Below, piece after piece: positions 7,503 to 14,604 of a stretch of 32,000 bases of DNA. The notes under the pieces were generated by a model that saw nothing but the letters and a program-made list of their open reading frames with translations, did no database searches and was not told where the DNA came from. Every line of letters begins with the position of its first letter. The stretch's first letter is position 1. The DNA is from Thermococcus kodakarensis KOD1 (GTDB lineage Archaea; Methanobacteriota_B; Thermococci; Thermococcales; Thermococcaceae), in NCBI RefSeq assembly GCF_000009965.1, contig NC_006624.1, forward strand, positions 630,001 through 662,000. The letters run 5' to 3'. The position numbers and the translations under genes were made by a program.

Positions 7503-8069
7503 ATGAAGAGGTCGCAGTTGTGGGCCGGGCTGATAGCCCCGCTCGTTGCTTATTCTGGAATTCTCACGGCTATCTATGTGAACCGCTCGTGGTGGAGGTT
7601 AACCGACAACGCGATAAGCGACCTCGGGAAGCTCGGCCTCCCCCACAACTGGCTCCTCAACGTGCCGCTCGTTATAACGGCGGTGCTGGCAATTTACTAC
7701 GCCCTCGGCGTCCTCGACATGGCTAGAAACAGCGTAGAGAAGGCTGGGATCTGGGTGCTCATAGCGGGCTTTGTCTTCTTAGCTCTGATAGGCATCTTCC
7801 CAGAGGGAACCTCGCCCCACTACTACGTCAGCTGGGGCTTCTTCCTGACGGCGGGCTTTGGGCTCTTGATAGCCGGCATCGGCATGGGACTCTCAGGGGA
7901 CAGAAAGATGCTGTACTTCACGGTAGTTCTATTCGTTCTGGCGTGGATTCTCGCCATCTGGGCCATGAGAACTTTCAAGGGTGTTGCGATACCAGAGTTC
8001 ATCGGAGCACTGGCGGTTACGATCTGGCACTACGCAGTCCTTTCAAAGATCTGGGGCAAAACCCGTTGA
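7503..8069 (+). CDS. DUF998-like membrane protein
   Basis: Track ORF 7491..8069 starts at TTG; I prefer ATG 7503 (GGTGATGGGG ATG). It has about six TM segments and the NAISDLG motif after TM1, which is characteristic of DUF998 as I recall it. Confidence 0.55.
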   Translation: MKRSQLWAGLIAPLVAYSGILTAIYVNRSWWRLTDNAISDLGKLGLPHNWLLNVPLVITAVLAIYYALGVLDMARNSVEKAGIWVLIAGFVFLALIGIFPEGTSPHYYVSWGFFLTAGFGLLIAGIGMGLSGDRKMLYFTVVLFVLAWILAIWAMRTFKGVAIPEFIGALAVTIWHYAVLSKIWGKTR

Positions 8070-8131
8070 GTTCTCTCTTTTTCTTTTTCCTGCTAACTGG
8101 AACTAGAGAAGGGAGAGAAAAGAGAAAGAAC
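8070..8131. terminator. Bidirectional terminator region between convergent genes (imperfect inverted repeat, oligo-T on both strands)
   Basis: GTTCTCTCTTTTTCTTTTTCC (8070-8090) and GGGAGAGAAAAGAGAAAGAAC (8111-8131) are imperfect reverse complements. Each strand therefore reads a T/C-rich tract with T4-T5 runs directly after its own stop codon (8069 plus strand, 8141 minus strand). Confidence 0.4.
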
Positions 8132-8140
8132 GTCACCAGC

Positions 8141-8935
8141 TCAGAGCTGGAGGATCATCTGGGCGGGATCCCTTATTGCTGGCCCAAGACCGAGGATGTA
8201 GATGGCCAGATACCAGAAGCGCCTTTCTTCTTCATCCGTAACGAGCTCCTTCAGGGCGTAATAGACCACAACGAGGATCAGGGTTATCCACGGATAGTAG
8301 ATGTAGGCCCCGAACCAGTTGACGAGGTGGTTTTCAATCCAGTGGACTTCACGGTAGCCGTAGAAGTGTATCGCAACAACGGTTGAGGCCACGTCAAAGT
8401 AGTGGGCGAGAACAGGGTAGAGGTAGAGCCTGTCGAAGGGCCTCCACCTGTAGAATATAAACACTGCGGCAAAGCTAACGGCGGTGTGGATAAGGGTAAG
8501 TTCGTAGGGCTCCCAGTTTTTGGCGTGGGTCACGAGGAGGTAGTTTGCCCAGAGCGCCAGTATCGTTCCCCATGCAACAGTTATCTTGGGATACATCCCA
8601 AGCTTTGAATCGGCGTAGATTGCAGGCAGTATCAGAAAGAACGCCGTGAAGAAGATTCCGGGAGTGAGGATGAGCGGATGCTGGGGCAGGACTCCGCCGT
8701 CCACAAGCGCCCTCACAGTTGCGCCGAAGACGACCATCGGTGTAACGGCCCAGAAGAGCCTCTCGTCCACGGGTATCTTCAGCGGTTTGATTATCCATTT
8801 GTATGTGTAAATAACGCCCAGACCGAAGAGGAGCGCATATACAAAGGTGTTAACCGCGTTGTAGCCGCTCCTCGTGAACATCGGTTCCCAGAAATACCTA
8901 TAAAAGAAGTCAATTACAGCCCCTTCAACGCTCAT
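8141..8935 (-). CDS. DUF63-like polytopic membrane protein
   Basis: Track ORF 8141..9007; start moved to ATG 8935 (codon 25; GGTGGT SD 4 nt upstream). It has many TM segments and the C-terminal GLGPAIRD motif. My assignment to DUF63 is from memory of the family pattern. Confidence 0.55.
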   Translation of the reverse strand: MSVEGAVIDFFYRYFWEPMFTRSGYNAVNTFVYALLFGLGVIYTYKWIIKPLKIPVDERLFWAVTPMVVFGATVRALVDGGVLPQHPLILTPGIFFTAFFLILPAIYADSKLGMYPKITVAWGTILALWANYLLVTHAKNWEPYELTLIHTAVSFAAVFIFYRWRPFDRLYLYPVLAHYFDVASTVVAIHFYGYREVHWIENHLVNWFGAYIYYPWITLILVVVYYALKELVTDEEERRFWYLAIYILGLGPAIRDPAQMILQL

Positions 8936-9019
8936 TCTAACCACCGGACTTTGTTGAACTGGTGCTTTAAAGGACTTTTGGGCGCAACCTATAAATAGAA
9001 CTTCCACCCAGTTTGATTG

Positions 9020-9658
9020 ATGCCGGGCTTTTTCCAGCCAGCGATTGAAACCAGCGGGGTAAAACCCTTCGAGGACTTCCCGATTGAGTTCTCCGAGGGG
9101 ACCCTATCGGGGGTCATTTCCACAGATGAGCTAGCCTCGGTTCTATTCGTCCACTACCTTGCCGCTGGCTGTCCCGACGATAAAAAGGCCTACGTCGTTG
9201 CCCCTGGCAGGTTGGTTTCTCCAAAGACTCTCTCACTGCTCGGAGCCGACCCGTCGAAGCTCCTCATAGGCAGCGTTTACTCCCCCGATGAACTCATCTC
9301 GGCGCTGGAACTCGTTGAGGAAGGCTCTCTTCTCATCATCGGGAACTTCCCCGCACTAAACCCATTTTCCGAGACCGTCCTTGGGATAAGGAAGGTTGTG
9401 GACGATAAGGGTCTGATAGCTGTTCTCCACCACTCTCCCGTGGCCTTCAACGAGCTTGACCATCCCGGTGAGTTCACGCGCCTGTTCAAACTCCCCGAAG
9501 TCCTTGATGCGCTCTTAATCCTGAGAACGAACTCGTACCGCGGCCACTACCGGCTCAACATGACCCTCTCAAAAGCTCCCCCCGAGTGGGTGGGCTCCCT
9601 CGGCGACCACTCCATACCAATTGACGGCCTCGTCAGGCCCCTCCTTGGTAAAGGTTGA
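9020..9658 (+). CDS. Hypothetical protein, possibly a degenerate KaiC/RecA-like fold lacking Walker A
   Basis: Track ORF 9017 (TTG)/ATG 9020..9658. A TATAAATA box at 8990-8997 is ~26 nt upstream, suggesting a leaderless transcript. The layout IETSGVKPFEDF..EGTLSGVISTDELASVLFVHYLAAG...AYVV...LLIIGNFPAL...IAVLHH mimics KaiC/RadA-like domains, but no GxxGxGKS/T is present. Confidence 0.5.
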   Translation: MPGFFQPAIETSGVKPFEDFPIEFSEGTLSGVISTDELASVLFVHYLAAGCPDDKKAYVVAPGRLVSPKTLSLLGADPSKLLIGSVYSPDELISALELVEEGSLLIIGNFPALNPFSETVLGIRKVVDDKGLIAVLHHSPVAFNELDHPGEFTRLFKLPEVLDALLILRTNSYRGHYRLNMTLSKAPPEWVGSLGDHSIPIDGLVRPLLGKG

Positions 9659-10403
9659 CGTGCCCGAAGCCGAGGACGTAGCGGGCGTAGAGGGCCAGGG
9701 AAAACCCCACCAGAAGGAGCGCGAGAACCGCGTAGTCCCTGGGCTTCATTTCAAGGTCCCTCAGAAAAGTCCTCTTCTTGCTCGCTCCAAAGGCCCTGCT
9801 CTCAAGGGCAATGCTCAGCTCGTGGGCGGTCTTAAGCGACGCGACGATAAGCGGGATGAGGACTGAGGTCATCTTCCGCATCCTGGTTAAGAGGTTTCCC
9901 TTGTCAAGTTCCAGTCCCCTGCTCCTCTGGGCGTCCATTATGGTTCTGGCCAGCCAGTACAGGGTCGGGATGTAGCGGAGGGCTATGGTCAGGGTCAGGC
10001 CAAGCTCGTAGGGAAGACCGAGCCTGACGAAGCCCAGGACGAGCTCTTTCTGCGTGGTCGTCATGAGGAGGAGGAACGTAACGAGCGCGAAGCCGAGAAG
10101 TCTCGCCGAATATGCGATTCCGATGAAGAACCCCTCAAGGCGCGGTTTGTAAATCACCGGCCAGAGGGCGAGGGTTATCAGGACTATCGGGAAGAGAGGC
10201 TTCAGAAGCCTGAACTGGTAGGAAAAGTCCGCACCTGCAAGCACTTTTCCGATGATGAGCAGGCCGATAAACAGAGCGAGAAGGAGGAGGGGCTGGTTGA
10301 AGAGCATGAGTGTGATTATCCCGAGGAGCATCCCGATTATCTTGACCCTCGGGTCGAGGGAGTGCATGAAGCTGTCTTTCCTGATGTAGAACTGCCCGAT
10401 CAC
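9633..10403 (-). CDS. ecfT: ECF transporter transmembrane (T) component
   Basis: 256 aa. N-terminal ...SFMHSLDPRVKIIG and the ARxxRG-type region (AQRSRGLELD) are typical of EcfT/CbiQ. The GTG start overlaps the ecfA stop (GTGA at 10400-10403). Confidence 0.85.
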   Translation of the reverse strand: MIGQFYIRKDSFMHSLDPRVKIIGMLLGIITLMLFNQPLLLLALFIGLLIIGKVLAGADFSYQFRLLKPLFPIVLITLALWPVIYKPRLEGFFIGIAYSARLLGFALVTFLLLMTTTQKELVLGFVRLGLPYELGLTLTIALRYIPTLYWLARTIMDAQRSRGLELDKGNLLTRMRKMTSVLIPLIVASLKTAHELSIALESRAFGASKKRTFLRDLEMKPRDYAVLALLLVGFSLALYARYVLGFGHVNLYQGGA

Positions 10404-11188
10404 ACTTCTCCCCCCAGTTTCGCAAGGATTTCCTCAATGCTCCTCACAAAACCAACCCCAAGCCTCTCTCCCAGCTCGACTACCTCGGGTCTCTCAAGGC
10501 CGTACTTCTCAACGTCAAAGGCCGTGAAAAACTCCTCGACCGGGCCGTCGAAGAGCTTCCGCCCCCCGTGGAGAAGGACTACCCTCTCGGCCAGCCTCAC
10601 GACGAGGTCCATGTCGTGGGTTATCAGTAGTATCCCATGGCCACTCTCGTGGAGGGAGCGTATCACCTCAACAACCTCCTCCTCTGCCCTCGCGTCAAGG
10701 CCAGTTGTTGGCTCGTCGAGAATTAGGTATTTTGGCTTCATCGCAAGGACGCAGGCTATAGCCAATCTCTGCTTTTCGCCGCCGCTGAGAGAGTAGGGCG
10801 TCCTGTCCTCAAAACCCTCAAGCCCCACTGACTTCAGCGCCCACTTCACCCTCTCCTCAACCTCTTCCTCGCTCAGACCGAGATTCCTTGGACCGAAGGC
10901 GACCTCGTTGAAAACCGTCTCCTCGAAGAACATGTGCTCCGGGTTCTGGAAGACGTAGCCAACGAGCCTGCTGAGCTCGGCGACGGTGTGCTCCCTTGTG
11001 TCGAGGCCGTCCACGAGAACTCTTCCCTTGGAAGGCTTGAGAAGGCCGTTGAAGTGCTTTGCGAGTGTTGTCTTTCCACTTCCGTTTGGTCCAACGAGTG
11101 CCACTATCTCCTGCCCCATCTCGAAGTCTATGCCCCTTAGGACTTCCTTCCCGTTGTAGGCGAAGTGAACGTTTTCTGCTTCGATCAT
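10400..11188 (-). CDS. ecfA: ECF transporter ATPase (A) component
   Basis: 262 aa with Walker A GPNGSGKTTL, Q-loop VFQNPE, signature LSGGEKQR, Walker B LILDEPTTGLD and H-loop ITHD. Confidence 0.9.
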   Translation of the reverse strand: MIEAENVHFAYNGKEVLRGIDFEMGQEIVALVGPNGSGKTTLAKHFNGLLKPSKGRVLVDGLDTREHTVAELSRLVGYVFQNPEHMFFEETVFNEVAFGPRNLGLSEEEVEERVKWALKSVGLEGFEDRTPYSLSGGEKQRLAIACVLAMKPKYLILDEPTTGLDARAEEEVVEVIRSLHESGHGILLITHDMDLVVRLAERVVLLHGGRKLFDGPVEEFFTAFDVEKYGLERPEVVELGERLGVGFVRSIEEILAKLGGEV

Positions 11189-11210
11189 CGGAATGGAATT
11201 GAGGGGAGCG

Positions 11211-11930
11211 TTAAAAAGCTTTCAGGTTGTCCAGAAGCTTCGGCAAAAGCTCCCTGGCTGTGCCCAGGAGACTGACGTCGCCGAGTTCGAGCGCCATTGA
11301 TGTAGCTCCTTCTGGAACCGGGTTCTTCACGTTGATGCCGACGCCAACAACGGCGAAGCGGATTGCGTCTAGCTCCCCTGCAACCTCCACCAGAACTCCA
11401 GCTATCTTCTTGCCGTGAACGAAAACGCCGTTTTCAGAAACCTCCGCAGGAATTCCTTTCCCCTGCAAATACTCGGCTATTACTTCCCTAGCCGCCTTGG
11501 ACATCTTCCCAGCCTCGGAAAGGCTCAGTTCTGGACTGGCCACAAGGCTGAACCAAAGTCCACCCGGGGGTGAAAGCCACCTGCTCCCCTTCCTCCCCCT
11601 GCCCGACTTCTGAGAGCCCGCGATTACGAAAAAGTCTCTCCCCCTTTCAGCCAGCTTCCAGGCGACGTCCATCGTTGAGCTCGTTTCCTCTAGGTAGTAC
11701 GCCTTAACTGGCAGTTCCCAGGGGTACGGCACGTCGGGCCGTTCCCTCAGGAAGTATCCAGCGTGAGAGGCCTCTATTTTGTAACCGAGCCTCTTAAGCT
11801 CTCTTATGTGCTTCCAGACTGCAACCCTGGAGATCCCTAGTCCTTCCGCGAGCTTCTCGCCTGAAACTGGCCCATCCTCGATTGCCGCGAGTATTCTTCT
11901 CTTCACTGCACTATCTCTCATAAGCCGCAT
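11211..11930 (-). CDS. birA: Bifunctional biotin-protein ligase / biotin-operon repressor BirA (N-terminal wHTH)
   Basis: 239 aa. The wHTH is GEKLAEGLGISRVAVWKHIRELKRLGY. The ligase motif is QKSGRGRKGSRWLSPPGGLWFS, followed by KKIAGVLVE. Confidence 0.88.
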   Translation of the reverse strand: MRLMRDSAVKRRILAAIEDGPVSGEKLAEGLGISRVAVWKHIRELKRLGYKIEASHAGYFLRERPDVPYPWELPVKAYYLEETSSTMDVAWKLAERGRDFFVIAGSQKSGRGRKGSRWLSPPGGLWFSLVASPELSLSEAGKMSKAAREVIAEYLQGKGIPAEVSENGVFVHGKKIAGVLVEVAGELDAIRFAVVGVGINVKNPVPEGATSMALELGDVSLLGTARELLPKLLDNLKAF

Positions 11931-11936
11931 GGTTTT

Positions 11937-11966
11937 CGTTAACCTAAATCTTTTAAAAGATTAACC
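11937..11966. promoter_or_regulatory. Candidate BirA operator overlapping a shared, symmetric TATA element for divergent birA-ecfAT and bioY
   Basis: The site is cGTTAACC-N14-GaTTAACc (half sites 11937-11944 and 11959-11966). A perfect 16-bp palindrome AATCTTTTAAAAGATT sits at 11947-11962. Its TTTTAAAA centre lies ~25 nt from birA ATG (11930) and ~33 nt from bioY ATG (11988). Confidence 0.55.
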
Positions 11967-11987
11967 AAGTTCCCATCGGTGGCTAAA

Positions 11988-12497
11988 ATGAACGCACGAG
12001 AAGTTGCTTACGCTGGGATATTCATTGCCCTCATAGCTGTGAGCGCCCAGATAAGCGTGAACATAGGCCCGGTTCCGCTGACCTTTCAGGTCTTTGCCGT
12101 CCTCCTGACGGGCCTCCTTCTCGGCCCCAGGCTCGGCTTCCTGAGCGTCCTCTCCTACGACATAGCCGGAGCAATTGGCCTTCCTGTCTTCGCTGGCTTT
12201 ACTGGAGGTATAGCGCACCTCTACGGCCCGACGGGAGGATACCTCCTTGCCTTCCCGATAGCAGCATTTATGGCAGGGCTTTCAAAGGGAAAGGGCGGAA
12301 AGGCAAAGCTCGTCGCTTCCCTGGTTGCCATAGCTTTGATCTACGTCCTCGGCTGGCTCCGCCTGGGCCTCTACTTTGGGGGCAACTTTGGAAAGGCGTT
12401 TGAGCTCGGCGTTGCCCCCTTCGTGATTCCAGACCTCATTAAGGCCCTTATAGCGGTGGAGATTTCGGAGGTCGTGGAGAGAAGGCTTGAGCTCTAA
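11988..12497 (+). CDS. bioY: Biotin-specific ECF S component BioY
   Basis: Track ORF 11979 (GTG)..12497; I prefer ATG 11988. The stretch ...AYAGIFIALIAVSAQISVNIGPVPLTFQVFAVLLTGLLLGPRLG...GPTGGYLLAFPIAAF is the BioY family pattern. Confidence 0.88.
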   Translation: MNAREVAYAGIFIALIAVSAQISVNIGPVPLTFQVFAVLLTGLLLGPRLGFLSVLSYDIAGAIGLPVFAGFTGGIAHLYGPTGGYLLAFPIAAFMAGLSKGKGGKAKLVASLVAIALIYVLGWLRLGLYFGGNFGKAFELGVAPFVIPDLIKALIAVEISEVVERRLEL

Positions 12498-12517
12498 ACA
12501 GCCAGTTTCCCTTTATC

Positions 12518-13105
12518 TTACCTCTCTCCAAGGTTCTCCTCGGCGAAAGCCTTATCGAGCGAGCTTTTCACCCTGAAAAAGCTGAGAGAAACCTTCGGGT
12601 TCTTCTTTATCAGCTCTTCAACTGACACCGGCTCGAAATCAAGGAACTCGGTGATGGAACTAAGCGTTTTGTGCCCCTCGCTGAGCGCGGCCTCTATGGC
12701 CGCGCTAAGTGCATCCGGCTCATAGACGGCATGTGTGACTTCTGCGGTTCCGTCCTTCCATACGGGTATGACCGCCTCGGGCTCGTCTTCAAGGTAGATG
12801 CCGACGAGGTAGTTCACGAGGAATGGCTGTATGAGCGGCATGTTGCCCTCGGCGAGGAAGAAAGGTTCGTCGGGCATGGCCTTGAGGAGGGCTTCCATTT
12901 TATTCCTTGCAATGACCGGCACAGGGTTAGAGACATGGAGAGAGTAAATCCTGAGCTTGTCCTTTCGGACTATGGTCAGAACCTCGTCAATCCGCTTGCT
13001 CATTCTAAACCTCATCTCGGTGAGCTTTACAACTGGCTCGTCCTTTATGGGAATCGTGTAGTTTTCCCACGGCTTTTCCGGGAAAGCCAGGATTACTGCT
13101 TTCAT
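12518..13105 (-). CDS. MobA-like NTP-transferase-fold protein (degenerate N-terminal nucleotide motif)
   Basis: 195 aa; ATG 13105 with a GGGAGAG SD. MKAVILA..., LAEGNMPLIQPFLVNYL and AVIPVWKDGTAEVTHAVYEP resemble MobA (AVILAGG.., xCDMPfi, ..P...G..ePLfAvY). The LAGGxSxRMG motif is replaced by LAFPEKPWENY. Confidence 0.45.
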   Translation of the reverse strand: MKAVILAFPEKPWENYTIPIKDEPVVKLTEMRFRMSKRIDEVLTIVRKDKLRIYSLHVSNPVPVIARNKMEALLKAMPDEPFFLAEGNMPLIQPFLVNYLVGIYLEDEPEAVIPVWKDGTAEVTHAVYEPDALSAAIEAALSEGHKTLSSITEFLDFEPVSVEELIKKNPKVSLSFFRVKSSLDKAFAEENLGER

Positions 13106-13159
13106 GACTCTCCCTTTGAGGGGGTTCTTTAAAAGTCAATCGCTGCCCTCTGCGAAAGC

Positions 13160-13167
13160 TTTATATA
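13160..13167 (+). promoter_or_regulatory. TATA box (TTTATATA) upstream of the histone-fold-like gene
   Basis: AAAGC-TTTATATA lies ~50 nt upstream of ATG 13216, followed by a GGAGGTGGG SD. Confidence 0.35.
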
Positions 13168-13215
13168 CTCAAGGTTACTAAAACTGGATTGGAGAAAACA
13201 GACGGAGGTGGGAAA

Positions 13216-13677
13216 ATGGCGGAGATGATAATACCCTACCCGCAGCTCCAGAAAATCCTCGAGAGGACCTGCGAGCTCGCGGTTATCAAGCCCCGCGCTG
13301 AGGAGATGATGGACATCGTCGAGAAGAAGCTCGCAGACCTATTCGAGGTCGCCTACGAGAACGCGAAGGCCGAAAACGCTGACACGATAAAGATGCGCCA
13401 CATCCCAATAACCAAGGGCTTCAGGAACAGCATGAACCTCTTCAGGGCAGTCATTGAAGACGAGGGCGTTGAAATAGAGCCGATAAGGAAGTACGTCCTC
13501 AAGAAGATACCCGGCGACAGGCCGCTTGAGGAGGACGTCGTGAACGAGCTTCCGATCATAGCCGGAACTCTCTTCGTGCTCATCGGAAGGGTTATCAAGG
13601 CCCTCCACCCGGAGATAAAGAACGTCTACCCGGAGCACATCGAAGAGGCCAAGAAGGTGCTGGATTACACGCTGTGA
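13216..13677 (+). CDS. Small conserved protein, probably histone-fold-like (DUF1931-type)
   Basis: Track ORF 13189..13677; start moved to ATG 13216 (GGAGGTGGGAAA ATG). The helix pattern ...[42 protein letters not shown] resembles DUF1931 / histone-fold proteins, present as two repeats. The family assignment is from memory. Confidence 0.45.
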   Translation: MAEMIIPYPQLQKILERTCELAVIKPRAEEMMDIVEKKLADLFEVAYENAKAENADTIKMRHIPITKGFRNSMNLFRAVIEDEGVEIEPIRKYVLKKIPGDRPLEEDVVNELPIIAGTLFVLIGRVIKALHPEIKNVYPEHIEEAKKVLDYTL

Positions 13678-13831
13678 AGAAAGATATTGAACTTTTGACT
13701 TTTCCTATTTCTTGATCTTACTCTTGGTGACTATTGTTACAATTCTTCTGCATCTGAATTTTTGTTTTGATTTATGCTCAACTTGGAGAAAAATTAAAAA
13801 AGAAGATACGATATTTATCGTGGTGATCTAA

Positions 13832-14485
13832 ATGACACACCTCAAAAAACTTGTTCTAGCACTACTTTTGATAGGAGTAGTCACAATAAGTGGATGCGTT
13901 AGCATTGAAGAACATGTGAAGGTCTCTTCGGATGGTACTATAGAGTCTATGACTCTGGTACTGGAAATGCCACGGACGGTGTACTCTCTCATGGTTCAAA
14001 ACACAACAACAGGAACATTTTGTGGAGACATTCGAGCAAATATAACGTCTGATCTTAAAGATAAAGTCACCTGTGAAGAGTCCTTTACAGGAGACAATGT
14101 TACAATAACAATACATGCAGAGCACGTAAAGCCCAAAGATAACGCCGACTTTGCTAAGGGTATTGAAATCTATAAGGAGAATGGATATCTAATCTTCAAG
14201 GACAACACTTGGCATGAAGAATCTGCAAAGGATCAGGAGGATATCAAAGAGTATGGAAGCTTAGTTACAATAGATTACTATCTCGAGATGCCAGGAAAAA
14301 TCATAGATTCTAATGCTCACAAAGTTGATGGGAACAAAGCTGAGTGGCATTTAGATATGTATACTGCCAGTAAGACCCCAATCTATGCAAAGTCAGAGAT
14401 ACCAAACTCCAGTATTTGTGGTCCAGGGATTATAATGGCACTTGCAGTGATTCCTCTCTTGATGATGAGGAGAAAAAGGGCATAG
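13832..14485 (+). CDS. Secreted/anchored ORFan with N-terminal lipobox-like signal and C-terminal CGP-CTERM tail
   Basis: 217 aa with signal MTHLKKLVLALLLIGVVTISGC, several N-x-S/T sequons, and C-terminus ...SSICGPGIIMALAVIPLLMMRRKRA. G+C is visibly lower than in the neighbours. Confidence 0.7.
   Translation: MTHLKKLVLALLLIGVVTISGCVSIEEHVKVSSDGTIESMTLVLEMPRTVYSLMVQNTTTGTFCGDIRANITSDLKDKVTCEESFTGDNVTITIHAEHVKPKDNADFAKGIEIYKENGYLIFKDNTWHEESAKDQEDIKEYGSLVTIDYYLEMPGKIIDSNAHKVDGNKAEWHLDMYTASKTPIYAKSEIPNSSICGPGIIMALAVIPLLMMRRKRA
14417..14482 (+). other. CGP-CTERM sorting/anchor signal (Thermococcales-specific C-terminal motif)
   Basis: CGPGIIMALAVIPLLMMRRKRA consists of Cys-Gly-Pro, a hydrophobic helix and a basic tail at the extreme C-terminus. 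Confidence 0.6.
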
Positions 14486-14604
14486 CTTCCTCTCTGTCTT
14501 ATTGTCCCTCTTAAATCTACTCTCTTATCACCCTTTTATCTATGAGTACGTGAGTTATTAAAACGTTTTAGCGTTTTATAGGAGAAAATGGAAAAATGCA
14601 TGCA

